Shown here piece after piece: positions 35,012 through 46,042 of a DNA stretch of 64,000 bases. Numbering within the stretch: position 1 is the first letter of the stretch; each line of letters opens with the position of its first letter. Source of the stretch: Oikopleura dioica (lineage: Eukaryota; Animalia; Chordata); the NCBI GenBank assembly GCA_907165135.1, contig OU015567.1, positions 372,001-436,000 on the forward strand, written 5' to 3'. Below the pieces are notes generated by a model. The model was not told the DNA's origin, ran no database searches, and worked only from the letters and a program-made list of their open reading frames with translations. The position numbers and the translations under genes were made by a program.

Positions 35012-37872
35012 ATGATGACGGTTGGAATTGACAATCCTGCGTTTGAAGATTTCAAGGACTCTTCTTCTGACGAAGAGAACGATTCCAGAGTAGATGAGAA
35101 TTCGAATGAGTTAAATTCGGCGAGGAAAAATGGGGATTTCAAGCAGGCTTCTGCTGTTTCTGACGATATTAGACCAGGTTTGAAGAAGGAGATCTCAACC
35201 TGGGATCGAAAACCTGTGTGAAAACCTGAGTCAGGGTTCTGAAAGACGGGTGACGGGCGGCCACGTTCTGCCAGAACGGCGTTCTGCAAATACAGAACGG
35301 CGTTCTGCAAATGCAGAATGGCGTTCTGCATACGGATTTTTTTTTTCCGATGTAAATTGATTCTTATCAGTTTTAACGCATTCAGCGAAGCTTAAAGAGT
35401 AACTCCTGACTTAAGAAATTCTGAGATTTCCTTTAAGACAGGCGCGAAGCGCATATATTTTTTGAGTGCAAAACGCCGTTCTGCATTTGCAGAACGCCAT
35501 TTTGCATTTGCAGAACGCCGATCTGCTGCAGAACGTGGCCGCCCTACACCCTGAAAGACTGATTATTTAAAGCATGATAGAATTGGGTAGTTTAATTGAT
35601 AGATTTTGACGTGACTTTCTATAAATTCTATAAAAAAGCTCAAAGACGGCTTTCAGAACCCTGACTCAGGTTCTTTCACAGGTCATCAATCCCAGATTTT
35701 AATGATCGTTTCCATATCTTCGTTTTCAGAAAACGATTCTTCGGAGGATGAAGCACTAGAAGCCGACTTTGGATCGTCGGGTTCAAGAGTTGTGCAACTC
35801 AATCCGGCTGGCAAAGACATCGTCAAGTGCCGAATAACAAGGGATAGAAGAGGTGCAACAGCCTTTCCAAAGCCATGAATAACTCTCTTTGAAATAGGCA
35901 TCGAAGCTTTCGGCTACCCGACTTATTTTCTCTACCTCGACGCTTCAACCGATTCAGAGCCGAATATGAAGGACATGGTTCTTTGCGCCAGAAAACGCAA
36001 AACCGGAAACTCGTCGTATATCATCGCCACCAGTTTGGAAAATTTAAACGCGGAGAAATTCGTGGGCAAACTCAAAAGCAACAATCTCATCGGAACACGG
36101 TTTGTTCGAACTTTTTTGAAGAGTTGAAAATTGGTTAAGATTCACGTGCTACGATCACGGACGAAAACCGGAAGCGACTGATATGTTGAGACGAGAAAAG
36201 GATGAAAACTTGAGGTCTGAATTGGTCTCGGTTTTGTACGATCAGAATGTTCTAGGATTCAAAGGTAGCGTCTTCTTAGTCGACCATTGAAAGAAACCAT
36301 AATCCATTTCTATATTCGACTCTTTGGTATCGCTTTTTTGATGAGGTCATCGATCAAATGTGCCTATTTGTCGTTTATGAGAAATATGTTTCGAACCACA
36401 CCTAACTCTTTATAACCACGAAATATCCAACCTCTAAATTCAAAGGTCCTCGAAAAATGACGATTGTTCTTCCCAAAATGGACGAGGAGACCAAAAAAGC
36501 TGTCACTATCCGCCCAGCTCAAGGTAAATTTCTCCTCGGCTTTATAAGGCGCAAGTGGGCTAGAAAACCTCCACAACCTTAAAAAAGCGCGTCAAACCAT
36601 TTCCTAATCTAATTAACCAGCTTCTGAATCGCTACTTGGTTACTTCGACGAAGCAGATCTGCGAAAAATCACGGTGCACCACAATCGCCAGCCGAATTGG
36701 AACGAGAAGACGCAATCCTACGTGCTCAACTTCAATGGGCGAGTCACTCAAGCCAGCGTCAAGAATTTCCAAATCACAGAATCGGACAATCCGCAATCGA
36801 CAATTATGCAATTTGGTCGTATCAGAAACGTAAGCTATCTATGTTTTCAATTTTTAGGGCTTTCAATCGAAAGATTAAGGGGGTCCACAACGATTTTTCC
36901 GAAATAAGCCATTTTCGAACGGCGCTCACGGCGTCACGGACTTAGATTTTTCACATATTTTTTTTCGTACAACTAGATCATTCTTAGATTTAGTGAAGCG
37001 TGTCTCAAATTTTTTTTAATCCGAACACATTCGTCGCTAGAGCGCCGAGAAGGTAACCATCTCGCGCAAAATGGCGTTTTTGGGCACTTTTTGACCGAGA
37101 TTTACTCCGAAAGTTTAGGAAACAAATTTTTTTTCCATTTGGTTTCTGAAAGGTCTAACGCTAATCTAGTGAAGCGTATCTCAGTTTTGTCAAATTCCAA
37201 AAAATGATAATGTAACGAAGACGATCAAAATAATGTACGATTTTTGAAATTTCAACCAGCCTTCAGGGCATTACCCAAGCCCTTATTTTCGGGCATAAAT
37301 AGAAAGTTGAGCTCATAGCCTTTCTAAAAATATGCCATATACGACCCTTAGACAGCTGTAAATAAAGGTTGATTTTTTAATTTCCATGCAGATGCATCAA
37401 AATTCGCTACTTCAAGGTCAATTTTCGACATTTTTTTCTTATACAATCGAAAAAAGCTAGAGACCTTTTTTGCAGCTTTTTTCATGAGGAATTCAAATCT
37501 GAAGAGAAAAAATTAGAATTCGAAAAATCTAAAAATCGTGTGGGACCCCCTTAAGGCTTCTTATTGGCTCAGGGCAATAATAGCGGCTTTTGATTGGCTC
37601 ACGCCCAGAACAGCTTTTTATTGGCTGAGATAGGTCCTATTTCCGAAAGGCGAGACTCTGATTGGCTAAGACATAAGACGGTGGCTTCTGATTGGCTGAA
37701 AACACCCCTAAAAGGCTCGAATTCCCCATAAACTTCAATCTTTATATTTTAGAAAAAAACTAATAAATAATTTCAGGACAACTTCACAATGGATTACCGC
37801 TACCCCCTATCCGCCGTTCAAGCTTTCGGCATCGCCTTATCCAGCTTCGACCCGAAGATCGCCTGCGAATAA
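35012..37872 (+). CDS. TUB: Tubby-family protein
   Basis: [12 protein letters not shown]; [33 protein letters not shown]; MQFGR; [27 protein letters not shown]. Confidence 0.95.
35201..35694. mobile_element. MITE family A copy enlarged by a nested insertion, Tubby intron 1
   Basis: tgggatcgaaaacctgtgtgaaaacctgagtcaggg ... ccctgactcaggttctttcacaggtcatcaatccca. Confidence 0.8.
35248..35551. mobile_element. Nested MITE with 8-bp TSD (hAT-like) and internal palindromic GCAGAACGGCGTTCTGC repeats
   Basis: TSD tgaaagac at 35240-35247 and 35552-35559; TIR gggtg(t)agggcggccacgttctgc. Confidence 0.85.
36540..36595. repeat. Solo terminal fragment of the 30460-31048 foldback TIR in a Tubby intron
   Basis: tttataaggcgcaagtgggctagaaaacctccacaaccttaaaaaagcgcgtc. 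Confidence 0.85.
36879..37550. mobile_element. TTAA-target MITE (Kolobok-like), 672 bp, Tubby intron
   Basis: TTAA-gggggtccacaacgattttt ... aaaaatcgtgtgggaccccc-TTAA. Confidence 0.9.
37563..37697 (-). promoter_or_regulatory. Array of five CCAAT boxes (ATTGGCT on + strand)
   Basis: attggct at 37563, 37593, 37620, 37661, 37691. Confidence 0.5.
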
Positions 37873-38390
37873 AAAAACTAGTAGACCCGCCTTCAGCAAA
37901 CGAAAACGACTTTTTCAATCCGATCTGGTGTCTTTTATTTTCTGATTATGTCTTTCTAACATTCCCTAAAGTTTTAGTTCCCTGAAATTGAAATTGACTC
38001 AAAAAAACTCAACTTTTTATTTTAACAATTCTTCTTTTTAGTTCCTTTCTTACCCCGCTTTCTTGTAATTAAACTTATTATTATCTACTTTTTTCTAACG
38101 ATTCTTTCTAACTCTTCAAAGTTCCGAAATAAAAAATTTTGCTTCATAAAAATTTGAAATTGTTAACTTCTTAGTTCAATTTCAAGTTCTTTTTCAACTA
38201 TTTTCCAGGGCAAAAGTTTTAAAAAGGCATTTTTGAAAGGGAATATCCGGCATTCTTAAGATTTACTTCAATGCCTTTCAATAATCTTTGAGGCCTTTTA
38301 AAATTGAATTCAAGTTTCACTTTCAATTTCTTCAATTGTACTTTTTTATTTCCGACTCAGAACCTCTTCTACAGAGCAAAAGATAGCAGC

Positions 38391-38536
38391 TGAACTCAGC
38401 AACCTGTGTAAAAAACCTGACTCAGGGTCATTATCAATAAATAATGAAAAGCCGCTTTGGGGCTTTTCATTATTTATCTTTCAGAACCTGACTCAGGTTT
38501 TTACACTGTGTAAAACCTGTCAGGTTGCTGAGCTCA
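38391..38536. mobile_element. MITE family A, intergenic upstream of PKG
   Basis: tgaactcagcaacctgtgtaaaaaacctgactcaggg ... caggttgctgagctca. Confidence 0.85.
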
Positions 38537-38740
38537 GGACAACAGGTACAATATGTTGCAGAGAATCAGCAAAAGCAGTGATCATTATGAAAGGATTCTT
38601 CGCTTCCAGGAATTTTGTTGCCTTTCGTTGAAAAATCAAAACGAAAATCGTCTCTAGAATCATGTTTTTGAATTTTTGCTTTTCTAAGATAACCTCAGTT
38701 CAGTTCCTCTGTGCATTAGTACAGTAGTTGCCCAGAAAAG

Positions 38741-41700
38741 ATGGGTCTTTTCGGCCTCGCAACGAAGAAAGAAAAGGTATTAACGGGATAATTCTTATTG
38801 ATCTTTACTGAATTATGACAGAAACAACTCCAAGATGAAATCGAAAAGCGCGATGTTACCATCAAAGAGTATCAACAAAAACTCGAAGATGTTGAAGCAA
38901 GTTTGAATCGCATTAAAGTTTCTTCTGGCATGAAAGATTTGCCCGAAAACGAGCAGATTGAGCAGTATCAGGAACAGTTTCAAGGCAATTTTCAATTTGT
39001 AATTTTGGCTTGGAGTCATTAGGGTTTAGGCTGAGCTCGGCAACCTGAGTAAAAGCCTGAGTCAGGCGCTGAAAGAGCTGAAATGAAAAACCGCGAAGGC
39101 TTACTGTACCTTTCATTTTAGGCTTTTTCAAAACCTGACTCAGGTTTTTACACAGGTTACCGGGCCTAGGGCCCAGGGGAAACGGTCGGACTCATTACCA
39201 ATTGGTAACCCATTACCAATTTTGGTAACCCATAACCAATTTTGGTAATGCATAGGGGAAATCACTAATAATCGAGCTTTTTTTCTAGCTTAGTAGGGTG
39301 GGAGTATAATACAGTTTTAGAATCCCCAGAAGCTGGGGATCATTTTGACTATTGATAGTGGGGCGTCATCTCGAACCCTGAGGGCATTTAGGCACCTCTA
39401 AAGTCCCAAAATTCGGCCAACTTCGGAAATTTGAATTCGTCAAAAAAATGTCGATTTTTTTTATTCAAAGAGCGAGTGTGCGCTCCGCGCCTGTTTAATA
39501 GAAAACTTGTGGGGTGTTTTATTTATTAACTTGGCAAAAAAGTAAAAATAAATTGATAATGGACTCCCGAAAATTGGTAAGGGTTACCAAAAATTTTGGT
39601 AATGAGTCCCACCGTTCCCGGGGCCCAGATCCCACTTAACAAAATCCGGTTAGGCTTACCGAGAGGCAACCAAAAAAATACGCCTTTTTTGGAAACTTTT
39701 TCGAGAAAATCATCGTTGATCGCGATGCCGAAATCTCCAACCTCCAAGCAAAACTCGCCGATGCAACCCGCGAACTTGACGAGCAACTCAGCACTCATGC
39801 CAAAATGATGGAAGCCGTCTTGAACGAAAAGGACAAGCAAATCAAGGTACGCACGAAATCATCAAAAAAATACTTGATAATGAAACTAACAGGAAAAACT
39901 TCTTTCTCAAGCTTCCGAGCAGCAAGTTAGCTGTTGTGTTTTAATTAAAAAGGTAGATTTTGCGAATCAGAAAAGTCTAAACAGTTTTCTTTTCAGAAAT
40001 TGGACACGAACGACAATTTGCGAAAAGCTGTCGCGGCCGAGGCTCTTGGAAAAGGAAAGCAGAGCGTGTGGACTTTCAAAAAGGTCGAGAAGAGTGAAGA
40101 GCAACAGAGATTGATCAAAGACGCGCTCTTGGCGAATTCTTTCATGCGCGGCCTCAGCGAGAACCAACTTGAGCGGCTGATCGACGCCATGGCCAGCACT
40201 AGCTATCCGGCCAACGAGAAGATCATCAAGGAGAACTCGAATGGCGACGAAATGTACATTATTCAGGACGGAGAGGTGAGCGTCAGCAAGGACGGAACTC
40301 ACATCACCGATATCAAAAGAGGACTTTTCGGAGAGTTGGCGATTATGTACAACTGTCAGAGAACAGGAAAAAGGTTGAAGATTTGGAATTTTTTTTTTCT
40401 CAAAAAGTCTGCTGGACATTTTGATGTGGGTACTCTTCCTTGATTTCAAAGCCCCAAAAATCCAATCTTCAATCATTTTGACAGCTACTGTGACATCAAA
40501 GACCCCAGTTACGCTCTGGAAACTTCATCGAGGTGCCTTCCAATTGGTTGTCAAATCTGCTGGGGAAGAAAAACTCGAGGAAAAGTACCAACTGCTCAAG
40601 TCCCAGAAAGATCTTTCCGGCTTGAAAGAATCGAACTTGCGAAAAATTGCCGACTGCCTCGAGGAAGAGCACTACGAAGACGGAGATATCATCATCAAAC
40701 AGGGCGAGGTTGGTGATAACTTCTTCATCATCCGAACTGGCTCGGTGAGAATCACGGTCAACGATGGCGAAGGCGAGAAAGAAGTAGCGCAAAAGGCAGA
40801 AGGAGAGTTTTTCGGCGAAAAAGCGCTTCTGACTTCCGACACTCGATCCGCCAACGTCTACGCAGTCGGTGACATCGTCTGCTACACACTCGACCGAAAC
40901 TCCTTTACCAATCTGATCGGCTCTCTCGACGCTCCAGAATCAACTGTCGATCTTCACCAGAAAGCCGCGCCAACTCGAGTCGTTCCAGAAGAAATTCTCG
41001 GCTGCAAGGACGTCAAAGACTTGACGGTCGTCAAAAACCTCGGCGCTGGTGGATTCGGCCTTGTCAAGCTCGTCACTGTAAAGGGAATCGACAACAGGGC
41101 TTTCGCGCTGAAATGCATCCAGAAGTGCCGCGTTGTCGAATATGGACAGGAGAGCCACGTCATGGACGAGAAAAACATCTTGGCAGAAATGCAAAGCCCC
41201 TTTATTCTCGGGCTTTTGAGAACATTCAAAGGTAAAAAAATGAAATATGAAAAGTGAAGCCTAACATCAAAATTCTAGACAAAAAATTCGTCTACATTCT
41301 TACCGACGCTTACCTCGGTGGCGATCTCTGGCGAACGCTTTGCAACAAGGGACCTTTCAAAGACTCTGTTGCCCGATTTTACGCCGCTTGCGTGGTCCAG
41401 GCTTTCGAGTACTTGCATTCAAGAGACTACTGCTACAGAGACTTGAAGCCAGAAAATCTCATGGTTGATGAGAAGGGCTACGTCCGACTTGTCGATCTTG
41501 GATTCGCGAAAAAAGTGCTCCCTGGACACAAGACTTGGACCTTCTGCGGAACTCCTGAGTACATTCCTCCGGAGGTATACCAACAAATGCACCTAAAGTC
41601 CACTGGTTAACCTCTCTCGTTTCAGATCATTACCAACAGCGGTCACAACGTTTGCGCCGATCTTTGGTCTCTTGGAATTTTGATTTTCGAGCTCTGTTCT

Positions 41701-42110
41701 CGAAAGACACCCTTTTTCTCAAACAACGACATGGACATTTACGAGAAAATCCTTCAAGGAATTCACGCGGTTTCAATCCCCTTCCGAGTTTCCCGAAAGG
41801 CTGAGAGCTTGATCAAACAGCTTTGCAAGCGAGAGCCAAGTGAGCGAATCGGTTATCAGAAGGATGGATTTGAAGATATTCGACGACATCGATGGTATGC
41901 GGTAAGTTTCCCTAGAATGTAGCTGGACTCGGCAATCTTTAAAAAATATTCTAGGGTTTCGACTGGGAAGCGCTCCAAAATGAAACAATGATTGCCCCAC
42001 ACCCTCCAAAAATCTCAAGCTTCAAAGACTGCTCCAACTTCGATTCCTTCAAAGCCGAAAGCGAGAGCAAAGTTCCTGAAGAAAACTCTGGCTGGGACGC
42101 CGATTTCTAA
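38741..42110 (+). CDS. PRKG: cGMP-dependent protein kinase (N-terminal MG, coiled coil, two cNMP domains, kinase domain)
   Basis: [14 protein letters not shown]; [16 protein letters not shown]; [11 protein letters not shown]; YRDLKPENL; [11 protein letters not shown]; SGWDADF*; GA-AG intron at 40367-40484. Confidence 0.95.
39032..39166. mobile_element. MITE family A, PKG intron
   Basis: tgagctcggcaacctgagtaaaagcctgagtcagg ... cctgactcaggtttttacacaggttaccgggcc. Confidence 0.85.
39169..39626. mobile_element. MITE with GGGCCC termini (PIF/Harbinger-like), PKG intron
   Basis: gggcccaggggaaacggtcggactcattacc ... ggtaatgagtcccaccgttcccggggccc; no clean TSD. Confidence 0.7.
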
Positions 42111-42176
42111 ACTACTGCTTCTTGCAAAAAGATACTGTACAAAAAACATGAATATCGATTTTTTTATGAATTCTGT

Positions 42177-42777
42177 TTATTTGAGAAAATTTCCCATAAA
42201 GCCAAAATCGACGGAGGAATCGCGGTCGTGGTGAAATGAGTCGTCAAATTCTTTCAGGGTCGTTTCTGGTAGCCTACAAGGATTTTGATTTTTCGAAAGT
42301 TAATTGAAATATACTTGTTCGGTTGATGTTTTAGGTAGGTTTTAAGGACAAGGGCGCACATATTCTCGATTCCTTCCATTCCCAAGACGACAAGACTCTT
42401 TTCTTTCGTCAGAACTAAATAACTTCGACCGTGGTTTATTCGGTAAATGCTTGACTTACGGATACATTCGTTATAAAACCGGTTTATTTGGTAGATATCT
42501 GTTTTTTGTTCTTCCAATTTCCTGGAAATGCAAAAGGCGAAAAAAGAAAAAATGAGTTTTATTTTCATCTTGACTTTTTAGCGATATTTATTCAGACTTT
42601 ATATTCGGGAGCTCTTGAAATCCTCCTCGAATTCAAGATCACGAAAGAAAACAACTGGATTGGCTTTAATAAATAACTCTCATTGAATTTTTTCCTCGTT
42701 GAGAGACAGACAGAAGTTTCTGAAGTTCTTCTTGTCCAGTTTCTCAAATGCTTCAGCGAGCGAAAAAAAGCAGCCAT
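42177..42777 (-). CDS. Small hypothetical protein
   Basis: Three coding-like exons (MAAFFRSLKHLRNW...; KLEEQKTDIYQINRF...; LPETTLKEFDDSF...*). Confidence 0.4.
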
Positions 42778-43003
42778 GTGAAAAAACCGGCAGGTCTTTT
42801 TTGCTGATGTCGCTGTGATCTGTCTACCGATAGATTGTTTCGCGATCAGACAGTGTTTATGTTCCCTGAGAAAACTAAAAACACTCGCTCTTAGTCTGAC
42901 CTGAGTTATCTGCTATCTCGAAACAAATTCACATGAGCGCTTACTGTTTTGCTTCTCTTCGTTGATTTCCATGTTTGGTAAGGAGAAAAGCAAGGGGTCA
43001 ATT

Positions 43004-43216
43004 TGGGCTAGGCAACCTGTGTAGAAAACCTGAGTCAGGAATTATAAGAGCCCTATTTAAAGTGGAAGAGGTTCTTCGCAATATAACAAATAAAATTTAT
43101 CATTAAAATCCGAACCGTGGGAGATTAAATTCATGATCCAGAAAAAAAACCCTTTTGCTTTCATAAAAAATCTCTGAGTCTCTGGTTCAGGTTTTATGCA
43201 CAGATTATCGAGCCCA
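43004..43216. mobile_element. MITE family A
   Basis: tgggctaggcaacctgtgtagaaaacctgagtcagg ... caggttttatgcacagattatcgagccca. Confidence 0.8.
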
Positions 43217-43319
43217 GGGTTCAATCGGAGACTTTTTCCCAAAAAACCCTAACCGTTACCCAAATAGCCCTTAAGGGCTAAAGTAAGAGCCCCTAACCCT
43301 AACCTTCTTCATTATCAAG

Positions 43320-43650
43320 ATGTATTTGATGATCTTATTTTATAAGCAAATTGCTTTTCATCCTCTCGATTCCGAACTTTGGCTTTTGGGTAGAACAATT
43401 GAACTTTTCGACGATTATGAATTGATTTATTCTCCAAACGTTAGTTTTCCAGCGAACATCTTATTTCAAAATCAAGAATATGAAGAGCCGGCTTGTTCTT
43501 CTGGGAAGCAACTCATAGACAGTTTCGATATGGCCGCTTTCTTCAAGGCTCTGCATTTTTCGGCCTGAGAATGGCTTCCTGGAGAAGCTGAGCGAGCCGA
43601 TATCTTCTTATCAGAACTCGTCTACCCTGGCTCGAGCGGTATAAAATCAG
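43320..43650 (+). CDS. Hypothetical coding segment (apparent +1 T frameshift at ~43560)
   Basis: IAFHPLDSELWLLGRTIELFDDYELIY...; continues RPENGFLEKLSEP if one T is removed. Confidence 0.3.
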
Positions 43651-43697
43651 CCCTCCCACCCGTCGGATCTCATAATTGAAATAAAAATCAAGAAATA

Positions 43698-44209
43698 ATG
43701 GCAATGAACAAAACTTTTTCAAAAGCCGCCGACTTTTTTAAATCCTTCTTTGGCAATTCTCGAAGAAATGTTTCGAAAAACACCTCGATCGACACCACCG
43801 AGCTCTGCGAGATTCTGGCCGATCCAGCTCGACTCCGCGATTTTCGAGAATTTCTCCTTCCGATGCGCGTCCCCGACATGGAAGTCGACATCGACTTGTT
43901 TCTCCAAATCAACTACGTCGAAACGACAAAGCCGTTTTCCAGCAACCGCCGCAGCTCGCTGGAAGATATTCGCGGCCATTTGACGTCGCAGGAACGACCG
44001 CTTTGGCTCTCGACCGTGGAATTGATGACGGCAAAGTCGAGGGTCACCAATTTACTCAGCGAAAAACCAGCTCACTTGGACCGTTAAAAACGCTTCGCGA
44101 CAAATGCCTCGACCGACTGGTTCCTGTTTTGGAAGTGTTTCGACGATACCAGCTGAAAGACCCGCTGTTTTGGAAAGAAGATCCGCTCCAACTTCTTGTT
44201 GCTAACTGA
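43698..44209 (+). CDS. Stand-alone RGS-like domain protein (apparent frameshift in an A-run at ~44062)
   Basis: LCEILADPARLRDFREFL...EVDIDLFLQINYVE...I...; C-terminal LKTLRDKCLDRLVPVLEVF in an adjacent frame. Confidence 0.55.
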
Positions 44210-44298
44210 TCATTGATCAATTACTGTGTTTTTGATTTGTGACCCTAATTTTAATAATTTTTAAATAAAAAAAAATATTTGATTTGATTGATTTTTTT

Positions 44299-45452
44299 CT
44301 ATGCACAAAAGACTTGCAAGAGCAGCGTTTTTCGCCGGCACAATTGTTTGATCGAATTCGCGGTAGTAAACCCCTTCTTGCAAGTAGGATGGCTGGCCAC
44401 TAACAACCTTTGATTCATTAAGAAAAAAAGGCTGTTTTTACCTGCACCAAGTAAAGCCACTTTCTGACGAGTTGAACTGTTGTTTTTTGAACCCTGTATA
44501 AATGGAGGTAATAAAAATGATTTCCCTAAGAAAACGATTAACAGAAACTTTTTCAATTAAATTTTTTTTACGTTTTATAAGTTGTTTTTCTCAGGATCCA
44601 GGTTTTATCTAACAAATCGCTCTCGAGCACTCCATATTCTCGAATAAATGATGAGTTGATCTTCATTTTCGGACAATTAAGATCCTTCAAATTGCCGTGG
44701 TAAAGGATTGCTCGTCCTAAGTCATCGAATAGCTCGTCTTCGCAGAAAAAACTGGTGGAGAAATGAGGCTCCTCTGCTAAAACAAAAGTCATTTTCGAAT
44801 CTTCTTTTTACCTCACAAATATACGCGCAGAAGGGAGGGCCATTTTTCTCGTTAATTTTCAAAACATCGACCATATTATCCACTTTCTTCTTTCGCTCTT
44901 CAATGTACTCTGGATAATTTGTGTTATCATCATCTATCCAAAAAGCGGCTCGAGTAAAACAACGAGGGTTATATTTCCCGAAATCCATGCTTTCTAAGTT
45001 CAAGAGTCTGAAAGGTTTCTTCGGAAGAGCCATTTCTCGGTCCTCACAAGTCTTTTTCGCATCCTCGAAATAAAATCGTCCCGTGACAAGCAGGCCCTCA
45101 ACCACTTAAAAAATCTTGTAAAGAGGAAATTCTTGAAAGGGTTGTTTACTTTTTCCTTGAATTTCAGCTGTTATATTGAAAATTCTTTCCTTTTCTTCGT
45201 GTTTTCCGGATCTGAAAAAACATGCAATTATCAACAATCTGATAACAAAGACGACTTACAATCTTGCCAATGGCTTAAGAAAATCAAAACCTCCAGCATC
45301 ATCGAAATCTTCCAGTATTGGAATGTCATTTTCATCCCGGAGAAACAAAAGAACTCCGACAAGTATACTTTCAATAAAATCAAGTACAAGACAGTTTTAT
45401 AAATCGAGAGCAACTTACGCAAGCACCAGAAAAATGACGGAAACAATTTCAA
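44299..45452 (-). CDS. Hypothetical secreted protein with a degenerate C-type-lectin-like segment
   Basis: FEDAKKTCEDREMALP...FWID...CAYICE; exon joins unresolved. Confidence 0.4.
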
Positions 45453-46042
45453 AAAAGTATCTTTTTCTGACCATTTTGAAGTTCAAAATTTTTGAACTCT
45501 CAAATAGAATTTACTCTTCTCTTTGGTAATTTTCTGGTGCTAGTTTGATGATAGGTTGGCAACCTATCCATGCGAAACTCAAACATATGTTTTTTTTCAC
45601 GCTGAAGTGCTTATGCTCTAGCGAATAGATCCTGCTGAAATTTTCAGCCTGAAAGAAGATTTATACTACAGTTGAGCATAGAGAACGGTTATATTTCGAG
45701 CCCAAGACTCAAGCAAACCAATATCCTTAGAGGAGTGGAAAATCGACTTTTTTGCACTGTAGCTGGAGGAATGAAATAACAGTTGGTATTTATTTATGAA
45801 GCTGTTGAGAGAAGAAGAGTTATTTGAGAAGGACAAATCTTTGGAGAGTTAATTCTGCTCGAAGAGTACCATGATTATCATTTCTGAATGACCAGAGGAT
45901 CAGGGCCGCCCACGTAATTTTCGCCCGTTCGGACAAATCTTGCATTGTAAAATGTCCTTGAGACTTGGTCAGTCAGGAATGATAAAGAATCGAACGAATC
46001 GTCGCAGGAACGAGTTTTAGCATGTCGGAGGCTAAAATTAAG

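Noticed and set aside
39967-40476. Long minus-strand ORFs over PKG (and likewise 45973-46518 over astacin, 52365-52700 over the CD164-like gene)
   Set aside because: Antisense shadows of well-supported genes on the opposite strand.
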